A DNA stretch of 64,000 nt, from positions 19,069 to 83,068 of the forward strand of contig JAKLKQ010000025.1 of assembly GCA_023150555.1 (NCBI GenBank), written 5' to 3'. A model generated the notes under the pieces. The model made no database searches and had not been told where the DNA came from. It saw only the letters and a program-made list of their open reading frames with translations. A program made the position numbers and the translations under genes. Below, piece after piece: positions 38,942 to 48,089 of the stretch; within the stretch, counting starts at the first letter, position 1; each line of letters opens with the position of its first letter. This DNA is from Planctomycetota bacterium (lineage in GTDB: Bacteria; Planctomycetota; SZUA-567; H5-PLA8).

Positions 38942-39358
38942 ATGTTCTTTCGCAAGGTTCCTCCTCTGCCGCCCGCGGCACCCGGCCCGGTGGTGATGCT
39001 GGTTGAGGACGATCTGGGCGTCTGCCTGGCGCTGACCACGTGGCTTCGGCAGCAGCGGCTGCGGGTGGTGCATGCGGCTTCCCGTGTCGAGGCCCTGGAA
39101 CTGCTGGGCGACATGAACGCCATCCAGGAGCGCTTCGACGGGCTGGTCACCGATTACCGTTTGCCCGATGGCACCGGCTGCGACGTGGTGCGGGCCTTCC
39201 GCAAGGCGCATCCTGAACTGCCTGCCGCCTTGATTACGGCCTACGCCGAGCCCGCGATCTTCGGTTGGACCGAGCGCAACAGCGTGGCCCTGTTCGAGAA
39301 ACCCCTCAACCTGAAGCGAATCCAGGACTGGCTGGGCGCGTTTGCCGTGAGCGCATGA
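38942..39358 (+). CDS. single-domain response regulator (CheY-like receiver)
   Basis: VVMLVEDDLGV...LVTDYRLPDGTG...LITAY: phospho-acceptor Asp in the DYRLPD context, conserved T and K (EKPLNLKR). No output domain. Confidence 0.7.
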   Translation: MFFRKVPPLPPAAPGPVVMLVEDDLGVCLALTTWLRQQRLRVVHAASRVEALELLGDMNAIQERFDGLVTDYRLPDGTGCDVVRAFRKAHPELPAALITAYAEPAIFGWTERNSVALFEKPLNLKRIQDWLGAFAVSA

Positions 39359-39570
39359 CGAGGCAAATAGGCTTCTGCGCACATGTGTAATCTGCCCTAT
39401 CTTTGACTCGACGCACCTAAGTCTTTTTTTATCAATAAGTTGCAGTGCAAGTCCTTAGCCGGATTTTTGCACCCGTCCACCTATTCCATGCGACATAATT
39501 GCAGGAGTCCTGCGGGCAGGGCTCCTTGGGGAATGGTATAAGCTGAGTCCTTTGAATAAGGAGTTTGGGC

Positions 39571-40272
39571 ATGAGCCGCTGGAATGGATTGGTCCTTTCG
39601 GTTGCAGGTCTGGTCCTTCTTCCTAGCCTGGCGAGCCGCGCCGCGGAGGAGCCCAAGGACTGGGAGATTCCCGATCCCACCAAGGTCGAGAAGAAGGACG
39701 GCGACGGCGACAAGCACGAGGTGAAGAAGGACGGCGGCGGCGACAAGCACGAGTGGAAGAAGGACGGCGGCGGTGACAAGCACGAGTGGAAGAAGGACGA
39801 TGGCGATGGGGAGCACAGGGACAAGCCACGCGGCGAGGCCAAAGAACTGAAGTCCGTGCCCGACGAGTTGAAAGGATTCGGTGGACAGGTTTACGGGGAG
39901 GTGATGGCGAAGGATAACAATTTTATTACCTTCAAGGTGTACGAAGTTGCCAAGGTTGGAGAAGATTGGAACAAGGCCAGCAAGCCCTATTCGATCGAGA
40001 ACACCATCATCAAGATTGCCCCGAACCAAGAGCGCAATAAGGTCAACCAGAACCATGTTGCATACCTTCGTGCGGTCGAAGTAGGTACCAAGACTGGCCT
40101 GTTCATCAAGTCGCATGACAGCGGCGGCGGCTTCGTGTTGGTCGAGCTGACCTGGGAGCAGCGCAAGGTGGCCGGTCTGCCGGTTGATGGCGAACACAAG
40201 GACGGCGGCGACCGCCCGAAGGGCAAGGACGGCGGCGACAAGCCCCGAGGCGAGGGCGGCGACCGGCGCTAA
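39571..40272 (+). CDS. small secreted protein with KDGGGDKHEWK tandem repeats
   Basis: Strong RBS taaggag 8 nt upstream. Signal peptide MSRWNGLVLSVAGLVLLPSLASRAAEE. Three and a half 11-aa repeats, a beta-rich core, and a C-terminal KDGGDRPKGKDGGDKPRGEGGDRR tail. Confidence 0.6.
   Translation: MSRWNGLVLSVAGLVLLPSLASRAAEEPKDWEIPDPTKVEKKDGDGDKHEVKKDGGGDKHEWKKDGGGDKHEWKKDDGDGEHRDKPRGEAKELKSVPDELKGFGGQVYGEVMAKDNNFITFKVYEVAKVGEDWNKASKPYSIENTIIKIAPNQERNKVNQNHVAYLRAVEVGTKTGLFIKSHDSGGGFVLVELTWEQRKVAGLPVDGEHKDGGDRPKGKDGGDKPRGEGGDRR
39691..39816 (+). repeat. 33-nt tandem repeat (3 copies plus a partial) encoding KKDGGGDKHEW
   Basis: aagaaggacggcggcggcgacaagcacgagtgg repeated with 1-3 substitutions per copy. 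Confidence 0.8.
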
Positions 40273-40338
40273 AGGCGTTCTGGAACTGGCGTTTCACTTC
40301 ACGGACGGATCATCTACCAGAGGGGGCGCGAACGCAGC

Positions 40339-43300
40339 ATGCCATCCGCCCAAGGGGCCGCGCAGCCCCGGATCGTCGGGGGCTTCGAGATCCTCTCCAA
40401 GATCGGCAGCGGGGCCATGGGCGCCGTCTTCAAGGCGCGCCAAGTCTCGATGGACCGGGTGGTGGCGCTGAAGCTGCTGCCGCCCAAGATCGCGAACAAG
40501 GATCCGGTCTTCGTCGATCGTTTCATCCGCGAAGCGCGCGCTTCGGCGAAGCTCAACCATCCCAACATCGTCCAGGGCATCGAGGTGGGCAAATGCCCGG
40601 AGACCTCGCTCTACTACTTTGCCATGGAGTACGTGGACGGCCCGACGGTCAACGGGCTTCTTAAGAAGGAAGGAGCCTTCGACGAACGGCGCGCGCTGGA
40701 AATTGTGCTTGGCGTGGCCAAGGCGCTGGTCTGCGCCGAGCGCAAGGGCATCGTCCATCGCGACATCAAGCCAGACAACATCCTGATCGACTCGCGCGGC
40801 GACCCGAAACTCGCCGATCTGGGTCTGGCCAAGCGCGTGTCCGACAATGCCGGCGGCGTGAGCATGTCCCTGCCTTCGCTGGGACCCGCCGCCAACGCGA
40901 ACCTGACGCAGGCCGGTTCGACGGTCGGGACGCCGCATTACATGTCGCCGGAACAGGCCGAGGGGAAGGCCGAAGAAGTCGACATCCGCACCGACCTGTA
41001 CGCCCTGGGCGCTACCCTGTACCACATGGTCACCGGCCGCACGCCCTACAGCGGCAACTCCGCCGTTGAAATCCTGGTCCAGCATCTCACCGCGCCCGTG
41101 CCCGATCCTTCGGCCGCGAACCCGGACCTCAGCCGAACGACCTGCGAGATCATCGAACGCCTGATGCAGAAGGCGCCGGCCGACCGTTACCAGAATGCCG
41201 ATATGCTGGTTCGCGAACTGGAGGCGGCGCTGGCTTCGCCCCTGCGGTCCGGCAGCGCCACCACGCGCTCGAGAAAGCCCGTGGGCGTCAAGACCACCGG
41301 GCCGCGCCAGCCTCTGGGCTTCGACACCACGCGCAAGCGCCCCGGCGTCGGCGGCACCACCGGGCGGCTTGCGCCGGTGGGCGAACGCCGCGCGCCGCGT
41401 GCGGGGCGCGCGGGTGCTTCCGGCGGCGGCAACCCGGCGCTGATGTACGGCGCCATCGGCGGCGGCGTGCTCCTGCTGCTTCTGCTGTTGGCGATGGGCG
41501 GCGGGTCGAGCACGCCTGCGCCGTCCAGCGCCCGGCGATCCGACAGCGGGACGCCGCCGGCTGGCTCCGTCGAACAGAAGACCGGCGCCATCCTGCCCGC
41601 GGTAGGCAAGCCGGTGAATTCAGCCAAGACCGCGCCCGTGGCGGCGGTCCAGGATCCCAAGGGCGCCGCGGGTCCCGCAGCGGCGCCGGCCTTCGAGACC
41701 TTGCAGACGGTGGCGCAGGCGCGCTGGCGCGGAGCCGTGAAAGCGCTGGACCTCTCGGAATCCGAACGCGTCCTCGGTTTGGTGTCCGACGAACTGAAAC
41801 TCGATCCGGCCATGCGCTCGCGGCTGGCGGGAGTGCTGGAAGACGAACTGCTCCAGCGGGCCAAAGCCCTGGGGGGCGAGATCGGACAACTCGTGCAGGA
41901 CGGGAAGCTTGACCAGGCCGCAGGCGTGCTGGGTGCCGCCGACGCCAGCGGAACGCTTTCCGGGCCGGGCAGCTGCGAAGCGCGGAAGGTCGTTTCGGCG
42001 CTGACTGCGTTTGTGGACGCGGCCCGGCAGCAGGCGCTGCCCAAGGACCCGGCCGCCTTCCACGCGTTGCTCGACAAGGTCGCCGCGCGGCTGGGCGAGC
42101 AGGACCGTGACGGCGCGGCTCGCGACTTGGCGTCCGGCATGGCGCAGCCCGAACTGAAGCCGTGGGAGGAAGCGCTGAGGCTCCAGAAGACGGCGCTGGG
42201 ATGGCTGGGCGAACTGGACGCGGCCATCCTTGAGGGCGCTAAGAAGCTGGCCGATGGGCGCGACTACGAGCTGGCTTTTGAAGATCCCAAGAAATCCGCG
42301 TATGCATTGGGTAAAGCTCCCGCAGGGAAATTGCCCATGACGCTGCGCGAAGTCACCGCCGACAAGATCGCGTTAGCCAGTGGCGGCGCCGAGTTCAGCG
42401 TTCGCGTCCTGGAACTTTCGCGCACCACGCGCCGCGCTCTGACCGCACTCTCCGCCGACGGCGACGCCAAGGCTCAGGCCGCGCTGGCTGTGAAGGGGGC
42501 GTACGAGGATCTCCTTCGCTGGCCAACGTACGCCGGCGCCGACAAGGCCGAGTTGGCGGACGTGGAGCGCGTCCTGCAGGAAGCCCGCGCCGACGGTGCG
42601 GCGGAGGAACTCTTCCTGCCGCTGGAGCCCTGGCTGGCACGCGTCAAGGCTGCGGCCGCGCCGCCCCCTCCGGCGGTGGTTCAGGCGCCCGCGAAGCCGA
42701 CGACCAAGACACTGGACCTCGGCAACGGCGTGACGATGGAACTGGTGCTGGTACCGGCGGGGTCCTTTCAGATGGGTACCAGGGCCGGACAATTCCTGCC
42801 CGATCCCATGCGCGATGAAGTGGGTTGGGCATTCAACGAGATGCCCCGGCATGAAGTCGTGATCTCCAAGCCGTTCTTTATCGGCAAATACGAGGTCACC
42901 CAGGCGCAGGTGCGCGTATTCTTCCCGAACCTGCCCAGCCGTGCGTTCACGGGCGACGACATGCCCATGCACAGCCTCAACTGGAATATGGCTCGGGGCT
43001 TTTGCGAGGTCCTGTCGCGGAGAACGGGTGTGGCCGCACGGCTGCCCACCGAGGCTGAATGGGAGTACGCCTGCCGCGCCGGGCAGGATGGGCCCTTCGT
43101 CCGTTGGGACGACCCGCGGGTGGACGGCGACCGTGGCACGTGGGAGCGCCTCAACCGGCAGGCCATGGACGCGGTGGCCTGGTACGACGAGAACAGCAAC
43201 CAGGAACTTCACGCGGTGGGCCAGAAGCAGCCTAACGCCTGGGGCCTGTACGACATGCTCGGCAACGTCGCCGAGTTCTGTTCGGACTTCTACGGGTCCT

Positions 43301-43500
43301 ACTCGGGCGAAAAGGCGACCGATCCGCAGGGGCCGGGCCAAGGCGGCGAGCGCATCGTTCGCGGCGGCGGCCCCAAGGCCCCCTTTTGGCGTTGCCGCCC
43401 CGAAAAGCGGCAAAAGGCAACGCAAGCCGAACGCAGCGTGGGCCTGGGCCTGCGCATCGTGATTCCTGCCGACGACGACGGGCAGTTCGCAAGGCCTTGA
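40339..43500 (+). CDS. Ser/Thr protein kinase fused to a C-terminal formylglycine-generating-enzyme (FGE/SUMF1-type) domain
   Basis: Kinase: GSGAMGAVFKA, HRDIKPDNIL, DLGLAK, GTPHYMSPE. A long Pro/Ala-rich linker with a TM segment (GGGVLLLLLLLAMGGG). FGE domain: RHEVVISKPFFIGKYEVTQAQ, RLPTEAEWEYACRAG, GLYDMLGNVAEFCSD, RIVRGGG. Confidence 0.85.
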   Translation: MPSAQGAAQPRIVGGFEILSKIGSGAMGAVFKARQVSMDRVVALKLLPPKIANKDPVFVDRFIREARASAKLNHPNIVQGIEVGKCPETSLYYFAMEYVDGPTVNGLLKKEGAFDERRALEIVLGVAKALVCAERKGIVHRDIKPDNILIDSRGDPKLADLGLAKRVSDNAGGVSMSLPSLGPAANANLTQAGSTVGTPHYMSPEQAEGKAEEVDIRTDLYALGATLYHMVTGRTPYSGNSAVEILVQHLTAPVPDPSAANPDLSRTTCEIIERLMQKAPADRYQNADMLVRELEAALASPLRSGSATTRSRKPVGVKTTGPRQPLGFDTTRKRPGVGGTTGRLAPVGERRAPRAGRAGASGGGNPALMYGAIGGGVLLLLLLLAMGGGSSTPAPSSARRSDSGTPPAGSVEQKTGAILPAVGKPVNSAKTAPVAAVQDPKGAAGPAAAPAFETLQTVAQARWRGAVKALDLSESERVLGLVSDELKLDPAMRSRLAGVLEDELLQRAKALGGEIGQLVQDGKLDQAAGVLGAADASGTLSGPGSCEARKVVSALTAFVDAARQQALPKDPAAFHALLDKVAARLGEQDRDGAARDLASGMAQPELKPWEEALRLQKTALGWLGELDAAILEGAKKLADGRDYELAFEDPKKSAYALGKAPAGKLPMTLREVTADKIALASGGAEFSVRVLELSRTTRRALTALSADGDAKAQAALAVKGAYEDLLRWPTYAGADKAELADVERVLQEARADGAAEELFLPLEPWLARVKAAAAPPPPAVVQAPAKPTTKTLDLGNGVTMELVLVPAGSFQMGTRAGQFLPDPMRDEVGWAFNEMPRHEVVISKPFFIGKYEVTQAQVRVFFPNLPSRAFTGDDMPMHSLNWNMARGFCEVLSRRTGVAARLPTEAEWEYACRAGQDGPFVRWDDPRVDGDRGTWERLNRQAMDAVAWYDENSNQELHAVGQKQPNAWGLYDMLGNVAEFCSDFYGSYSGEKATDPQGPGQGGERIVRGGGPKAPFWRCRPEKRQKATQAERSVGLGLRIVIPADDDGQFARP

Positions 43501-43533
43501 CCCGCCGTACTCTCCCTTTGGTCCCAAAACGTC

Positions 43534-43559
43534 GCGGCCCGCAGGCCGCTCCTCATTTT
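43534..43559 (+). terminator. rho-independent terminator after the kinase-FGE gene
   Basis: gcggcc-cgca-ggccgc hairpin followed by tcctcattttg. Confidence 0.5.
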
Positions 43560-43648
43560 GCGTTCTCGAAGGGGTATATACGGCATCCGGAATACGATGC
43601 GTCTGCCCGGCAACATCCCTTCAGTCCCGGCCCAAGGAGCAACCGCTC

Positions 43649-46474
43649 ATGATCCGTCGAAACGATTTCGCGCGCCTGGTGGCTCTGCCGGCGTTGGTCT
43701 TGGCCGCGGCGGCCCTGGGAAGCGCCCACTCTTCGGCCGAGGACGTGAAATGCCCGGTGACGCGCGATGCCTGGCTTTCGGCGGCCAACCAGGAGGAATC
43801 CAAGACCAACGGCGGTGCCTCGCCGCGGATCAAGCTCAAACAGTGGCAGGAGTTCGGGCTCTTCGATTTCGACGTCTCGGCGCTGAGAGGCAAGCGCATC
43901 GCCAAGGCCGTGCTCTACCTGGCGCCCGATGGCGGTGCCGTCCATGGCCAAGCGCGCGGCACGGACCTGCGCTGGTTCTCCGTCTCCACCATCAGCGCCG
44001 ACTGGGTGGAGGGGCAGGGCACCAACTACAGCGTCGATGAGAGGGGCAAGGGCGCCACGTTCCTGGAGGCCAGCCACGGCGCCCGGCCCTGGACCGTTCC
44101 GGGGTCGCGCGCTTTCGACGTGATCCTGGGCAACGGGAATACCCTGCGCGACGACGTCGACGGCGGCGATCCAAAGAACGGCTGGTTCGCCCTGCCCATC
44201 GACAAGCGCTTGGTCGAGGCCCTGGTGGCCGGCGCCTGCCACGGCCTGATGGTTATGGACGGCTCCACCAGCGTCCGCCAGAACTGCTACGTCTCTTCGA
44301 AGGAAGGCAAGAAGCCGCCCTACCTGCTGGTGACGGTGGACGGACCAGACGCGCAGGCGCCGGCCACGCCCGTCGGCCTGGCCGCCGAGCCGGCGCCCAA
44401 CGACGCAGATGCTGCAAGCGGTGCGGTGTGGGTCCGCTTCAAGCCTCCCGCCGAAGCGCTTTGTGCGCGCGTGCGCGTCGACGGCAAGGAGCTGCCGCGC
44501 TGGCAGGTGCCCTTCCTGGGCCAGGCTGGGCAGGAACAGCGGCTCCTGATCGAGCACCTTCCGCCCGGCAAGGACGTGAAGATCGACGTGGCGGCTGTCG
44601 ACGGAGCGGGCAACGCATCGCCGGACGCGACGGTGACCGTCAAGACCAGCCCCGCCGTCTCGGCGCCGGAACTCCCGGCCTTGGCGTGGGCGCCCAAGGG
44701 CGGAACGCCTCCTCAGATCGATGGCGCTCTGCGCGTGTGGGCCTTCCCCGATGGCTGCAAACTCGACCCGCTGAACGCCAAGATCCTGCTCGAGTCCGGC
44801 ACCGAGCAGGCGGCTTCGAAGAGTGCCGTCTGGGACGCGGGCGCTTCGACCGTGCGCGTGGTTGCGGCGCGCGGCGAGATCGCGGCGTTTCAGCTTGCGC
44901 TGGAAGCCCTGGGCGGACCGCTGGATGACGTAGCGGTCAACGTTGAGGGTCTGGCCGGGGTGAAGGCGCGTTGTTGGCGCACCTGGTTCGTGAACGTGAA
45001 AGGCGCGTGGCAGGCCGAGTACGCGATCCCGCTGGCCGCCGGCGCGGCGCTGTCGATCCCCACGAAGGACAACAACATTCCCGCGCAGAAGGCGGCGGCC
45101 GTGGCGGTGGATCTGATCGTCCCGGAGGACGCCAAGCCCGGCGTGCAGGCCGGCACGGTGACGGTCGCGTCCGGCGGTAAGAAGCTGGCGCTCAAACTGC
45201 AGTTGGATATCCGGCCGCCGGTGATCCCGAAGGAGATTCACTTCAATCCCGAGCTGAACTGCTACGGCGGGCCGGCGCAGGCGGGGAGCGAGGCCTTCTT
45301 CGATGCCTATCGCCTGGCGCACTACCACCGCTGCACCATCAACCGCGTGCCGTACTCGCAGAGCGGCGGGGTGCACGGCGACTGGGCGCCCGCCGTGGAC
45401 GCCGACGGGCATGTCACCGACTGGTCGAACTTCGACAAGAACCTCGGCCCGCTCTTGGACGGCAGTGCGTTCAAGGACAACCCGCGTTCCGGTGTGCCCG
45501 TGCCGACCCTGTACCTGCCTATCTTTGAGAACTGGCCGGTGCGCATGGACGGGCATTACCGGCCCGGCCCCGAAGCGGTAACCTCGGGCAAGGATTGGAA
45601 GGAGATTCACGACATCCACGCACTGCCCATCGAGCGGGCCTTTGACGCGGCGTACCAGGACGGCTTCGTGAACGCCGTCGGCGATTTCGTGAAGCATTTC
45701 GAGGAGAAGGGCTGGACCCGCACCCAGGCCGAGTGCTACCTCAACAACAAGCAGAACGCGAAGGGGGTGACGTCCTCTGCGTGGACGCTGGACGAGCCCT
45801 ACGAACTGCTGGACTGGCGCGCGCTGCGTTTCTACAGCGAACTCTTTCACAAAGGGGCCAAGAACGCACGTAAGGCGCAGTTCGTTTTCCGCGGGGACAT
45901 CAGCCGCCCCGAGTGGCAGGGCAGTTACATGGACGGGTTGATGGAAGTGATGTATTCCAACAGCGGCCAGTTCGGCTACTTTCCGCTGATGAAGGCGCAC
46001 AAGCGGCGAATGCCGACGATCCTGTATTGCTACGGCGCCGCAAACCCGCAGTTCCGGGCCACCCACGAGACGGTGGCGTGGTGCCTGAAGGCCTACGTGT
46101 ACGAATGCGACGGCGTGCTGCCTTGGCAGATCGTCGGTAACGAGGCCTCCTTCGACAAGGGCGACGATGCAGGCAACGGCAACGCCCTGTTCGTGAACGG
46201 GAGCAAACGCTTCGGCGTGAACGCGATCGCTTCCTTCCGCGTGCACGCATTCCGCAGTGGCGCGCAGTTGGTGGAACTGTTGCGGCTCCTGCAGCACAAG
46301 CGTGGATGGGGCCGCCCGCAAATTGGCGCGTTGGTCGAGAAGGCAATCTCGTTGCGCACCGACTTTCGCCAGGCGCGCCAGGACGACGCCTCCGAGGTCA
46401 CCTTCGAGGGCCTCTCCGGCGAGGCCCTCGCCAGGCTGAAAGAAGCGGTTCTGGATCTGCTGGAAGCGAAATGA
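43649..46474 (+). CDS. large secreted protein, putative carbohydrate-active (N-terminal DNRLRE/CBM-like domain, central and C-terminal uncharacterised region)
   Basis: Signal peptide MIRRNDFARLVALPALVLAAAALGSAHS. 941 aa. No catalytic motif that I can assign. Confidence 0.55.
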   Translation: MIRRNDFARLVALPALVLAAAALGSAHSSAEDVKCPVTRDAWLSAANQEESKTNGGASPRIKLKQWQEFGLFDFDVSALRGKRIAKAVLYLAPDGGAVHGQARGTDLRWFSVSTISADWVEGQGTNYSVDERGKGATFLEASHGARPWTVPGSRAFDVILGNGNTLRDDVDGGDPKNGWFALPIDKRLVEALVAGACHGLMVMDGSTSVRQNCYVSSKEGKKPPYLLVTVDGPDAQAPATPVGLAAEPAPNDADAASGAVWVRFKPPAEALCARVRVDGKELPRWQVPFLGQAGQEQRLLIEHLPPGKDVKIDVAAVDGAGNASPDATVTVKTSPAVSAPELPALAWAPKGGTPPQIDGALRVWAFPDGCKLDPLNAKILLESGTEQAASKSAVWDAGASTVRVVAARGEIAAFQLALEALGGPLDDVAVNVEGLAGVKARCWRTWFVNVKGAWQAEYAIPLAAGAALSIPTKDNNIPAQKAAAVAVDLIVPEDAKPGVQAGTVTVASGGKKLALKLQLDIRPPVIPKEIHFNPELNCYGGPAQAGSEAFFDAYRLAHYHRCTINRVPYSQSGGVHGDWAPAVDADGHVTDWSNFDKNLGPLLDGSAFKDNPRSGVPVPTLYLPIFENWPVRMDGHYRPGPEAVTSGKDWKEIHDIHALPIERAFDAAYQDGFVNAVGDFVKHFEEKGWTRTQAECYLNNKQNAKGVTSSAWTLDEPYELLDWRALRFYSELFHKGAKNARKAQFVFRGDISRPEWQGSYMDGLMEVMYSNSGQFGYFPLMKAHKRRMPTILYCYGAANPQFRATHETVAWCLKAYVYECDGVLPWQIVGNEASFDKGDDAGNGNALFVNGSKRFGVNAIASFRVHAFRSGAQLVELLRLLQHKRGWGRPQIGALVEKAISLRTDFRQARQDDASEVTFEGLSGEALARLKEAVLDLLEAK

Positions 46475-46483
46475 CTCGGTTCG

Positions 46484-47299
46484 CTAAGACTTTTTCTTGA
46501 AGATGCCCATGATCTTGCCCATCGCCTTCTTCACGGCGGACTCGCCCTGAATGTCGGGCAGGATGGTGCGGCCGTCCTTCTTTGCCCCCGCCAGTTGCTC
46601 CAGGGTCAGGCCGGTTGTGCGCTCCAGATTGGCGCCGCTCAGGTTGGCGTTCGTCAGGAGCGCGCCTTCCAGATTGACGTTGTCGAACAGAACGCCGCGC
46701 ATGTTCGAGTCGGCTAGGTTGGCGCGCACCATCGACGTGTTCGCGATGACCGCCTGGTACAACGTGGCGCCCTTCAGGCTGGCTTGGTCCAGATTCATGT
46801 CTTCCAGCTTGGCGCTGTCCAATTTCGCGAAATTCAGGTTGGCGCGTGTGAGGTTGGCCTTGGTCAGCACCGCTTTCGTCAGATCGACCTCCTGCATGCG
46901 CGCACCTTCCAGGTTGGCTTCTCGCAGGACGGCTTCGCGGAGGGAGCCCTTGGTGATGATGAGGTTCTTGGCGCTGGCGAAGCCCAGGTCGGCGTGTTCC
47001 AGGTTCGCGTGCTCCATGTTCGCATTGTCGAGGTTGGCCTTGAAGAGCTTGGCGCGGCCGAGGTTCGCGTTGGTGGCCTGGACGTTGCGCAGGTTTGCGC
47101 CCCACATGTCGGCGCTGCGGAAGTTCGCCCCCGAGATGTTCGCGCCCTCCAGGTTGGCGTTCTTCATCAGGGCTTTGCGGGCGACGGCGCCCTCCAGGTT
47201 GGCGCCCTGGAGGTTCACGCCTTCGAGTTTTTTCGTGGAGAGGTCTGCACTCTTAAGGTCGGCGCCGGGTACCAGATGGAGTTGTTTCTCTTCGGACAT
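46484..47299 (-). CDS. pentapeptide-repeat protein
   Basis: Continuous A(N/D)L(x)x pentapeptide repeats: ANLEGANISGANFRSADMWGANLRNVQATNANLGRAKLFKANLDNANM... Confidence 0.85.
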   Translation of the reverse strand: MSEEKQLHLVPGADLKSADLSTKKLEGVNLQGANLEGAVARKALMKNANLEGANISGANFRSADMWGANLRNVQATNANLGRAKLFKANLDNANMEHANLEHADLGFASAKNLIITKGSLREAVLREANLEGARMQEVDLTKAVLTKANLTRANLNFAKLDSAKLEDMNLDQASLKGATLYQAVIANTSMVRANLADSNMRGVLFDNVNLEGALLTNANLSGANLERTTGLTLEQLAGAKKDGRTILPDIQGESAVKKAMGKIMGIFKKKS

Positions 47300-47391
47300 G
47301 GGTCACTCGTTGGGCGGAATTGTCATCACATCCACTTGGAAGTCGCAAGTATAGCACGGCTACGACTTTGCGGAAGGGCCCATTCCGGCCG

Positions 47392-48051
47392 TTAAGTCTC
47401 CCGCGCCATCTTTTTTACATCCTCGTCCCGGCCGATGACAACCAGCACGTCCGAGTCCTTGATGACCGTTTTGGGGTCAGGGACGACGTGCCACTTGTCG
47501 AGCAGGATCTCGCGGATTGCGACCACCTGCACGTTGAACTTCTGGCGGATCTGGCTCTCGCCCAGGGTCTTGCCCACCAGCTGGTCGTTGGGGGCGACCT
47601 CGACGATTGAGAAGCCCGGCGCCAGGCTGAGGAACTCCAGCACCGCTGTGAAGGTCAGGTGCTTGGCCAGGCGGATGGCGCTCTCGCGTTCCGGGTAGAT
47701 CACGCGGCCCACGCCGATCTTGCTCAGCACCTTCTCGTGCTGGGCGTCGATGACCTTCGCGATCACCTGCTTGCAGCCCAGCTCTTTCAGGTGCAGGCAG
47801 CAGAGCACCGAGGCTTCCAGCGAACCGCCCAGCGCCACCACCACCGCGTCCAGCGTGTCCAGGCCCAAGGCGTTCAGCGCGTCCCGGTCGGTCACGTCGG
47901 CTATGGCCGCCCGGGCGACGACGTCCTTGACCTGGTCTACTAGGTGGGGTTCGCGGTCCACGGCCAGGACCTCGGCCCCGTCCGAGGCCAGTTGCCGGGC
48001 GACCTCGGACCCGAACTTGCCCAGCCCCAGCACGGCGAATTGCTTGGCCAT
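47392..48051 (-). CDS. ktrA: K+ uptake system regulatory subunit KtrA/TrkA (RCK N plus C)
   Basis: MAKQFAVLGLGKFGSEVARQLASDGAEVLAVD is the Rossmann TrkA-N. C-terminal TrkA-C. Immediately downstream of the ktrB/trkH gene. Confidence 0.85.
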   Translation of the reverse strand: MAKQFAVLGLGKFGSEVARQLASDGAEVLAVDREPHLVDQVKDVVARAAIADVTDRDALNALGLDTLDAVVVALGGSLEASVLCCLHLKELGCKQVIAKVIDAQHEKVLSKIGVGRVIYPERESAIRLAKHLTFTAVLEFLSLAPGFSIVEVAPNDQLVGKTLGESQIRQKFNVQVVAIREILLDKWHVVPDPKTVIKDSDVLVVIGRDEDVKKMARET

Positions 48052-48089
48052 GGTGTGTTTCCTTTACGTGCGCCCGAACGCGACGGCAG

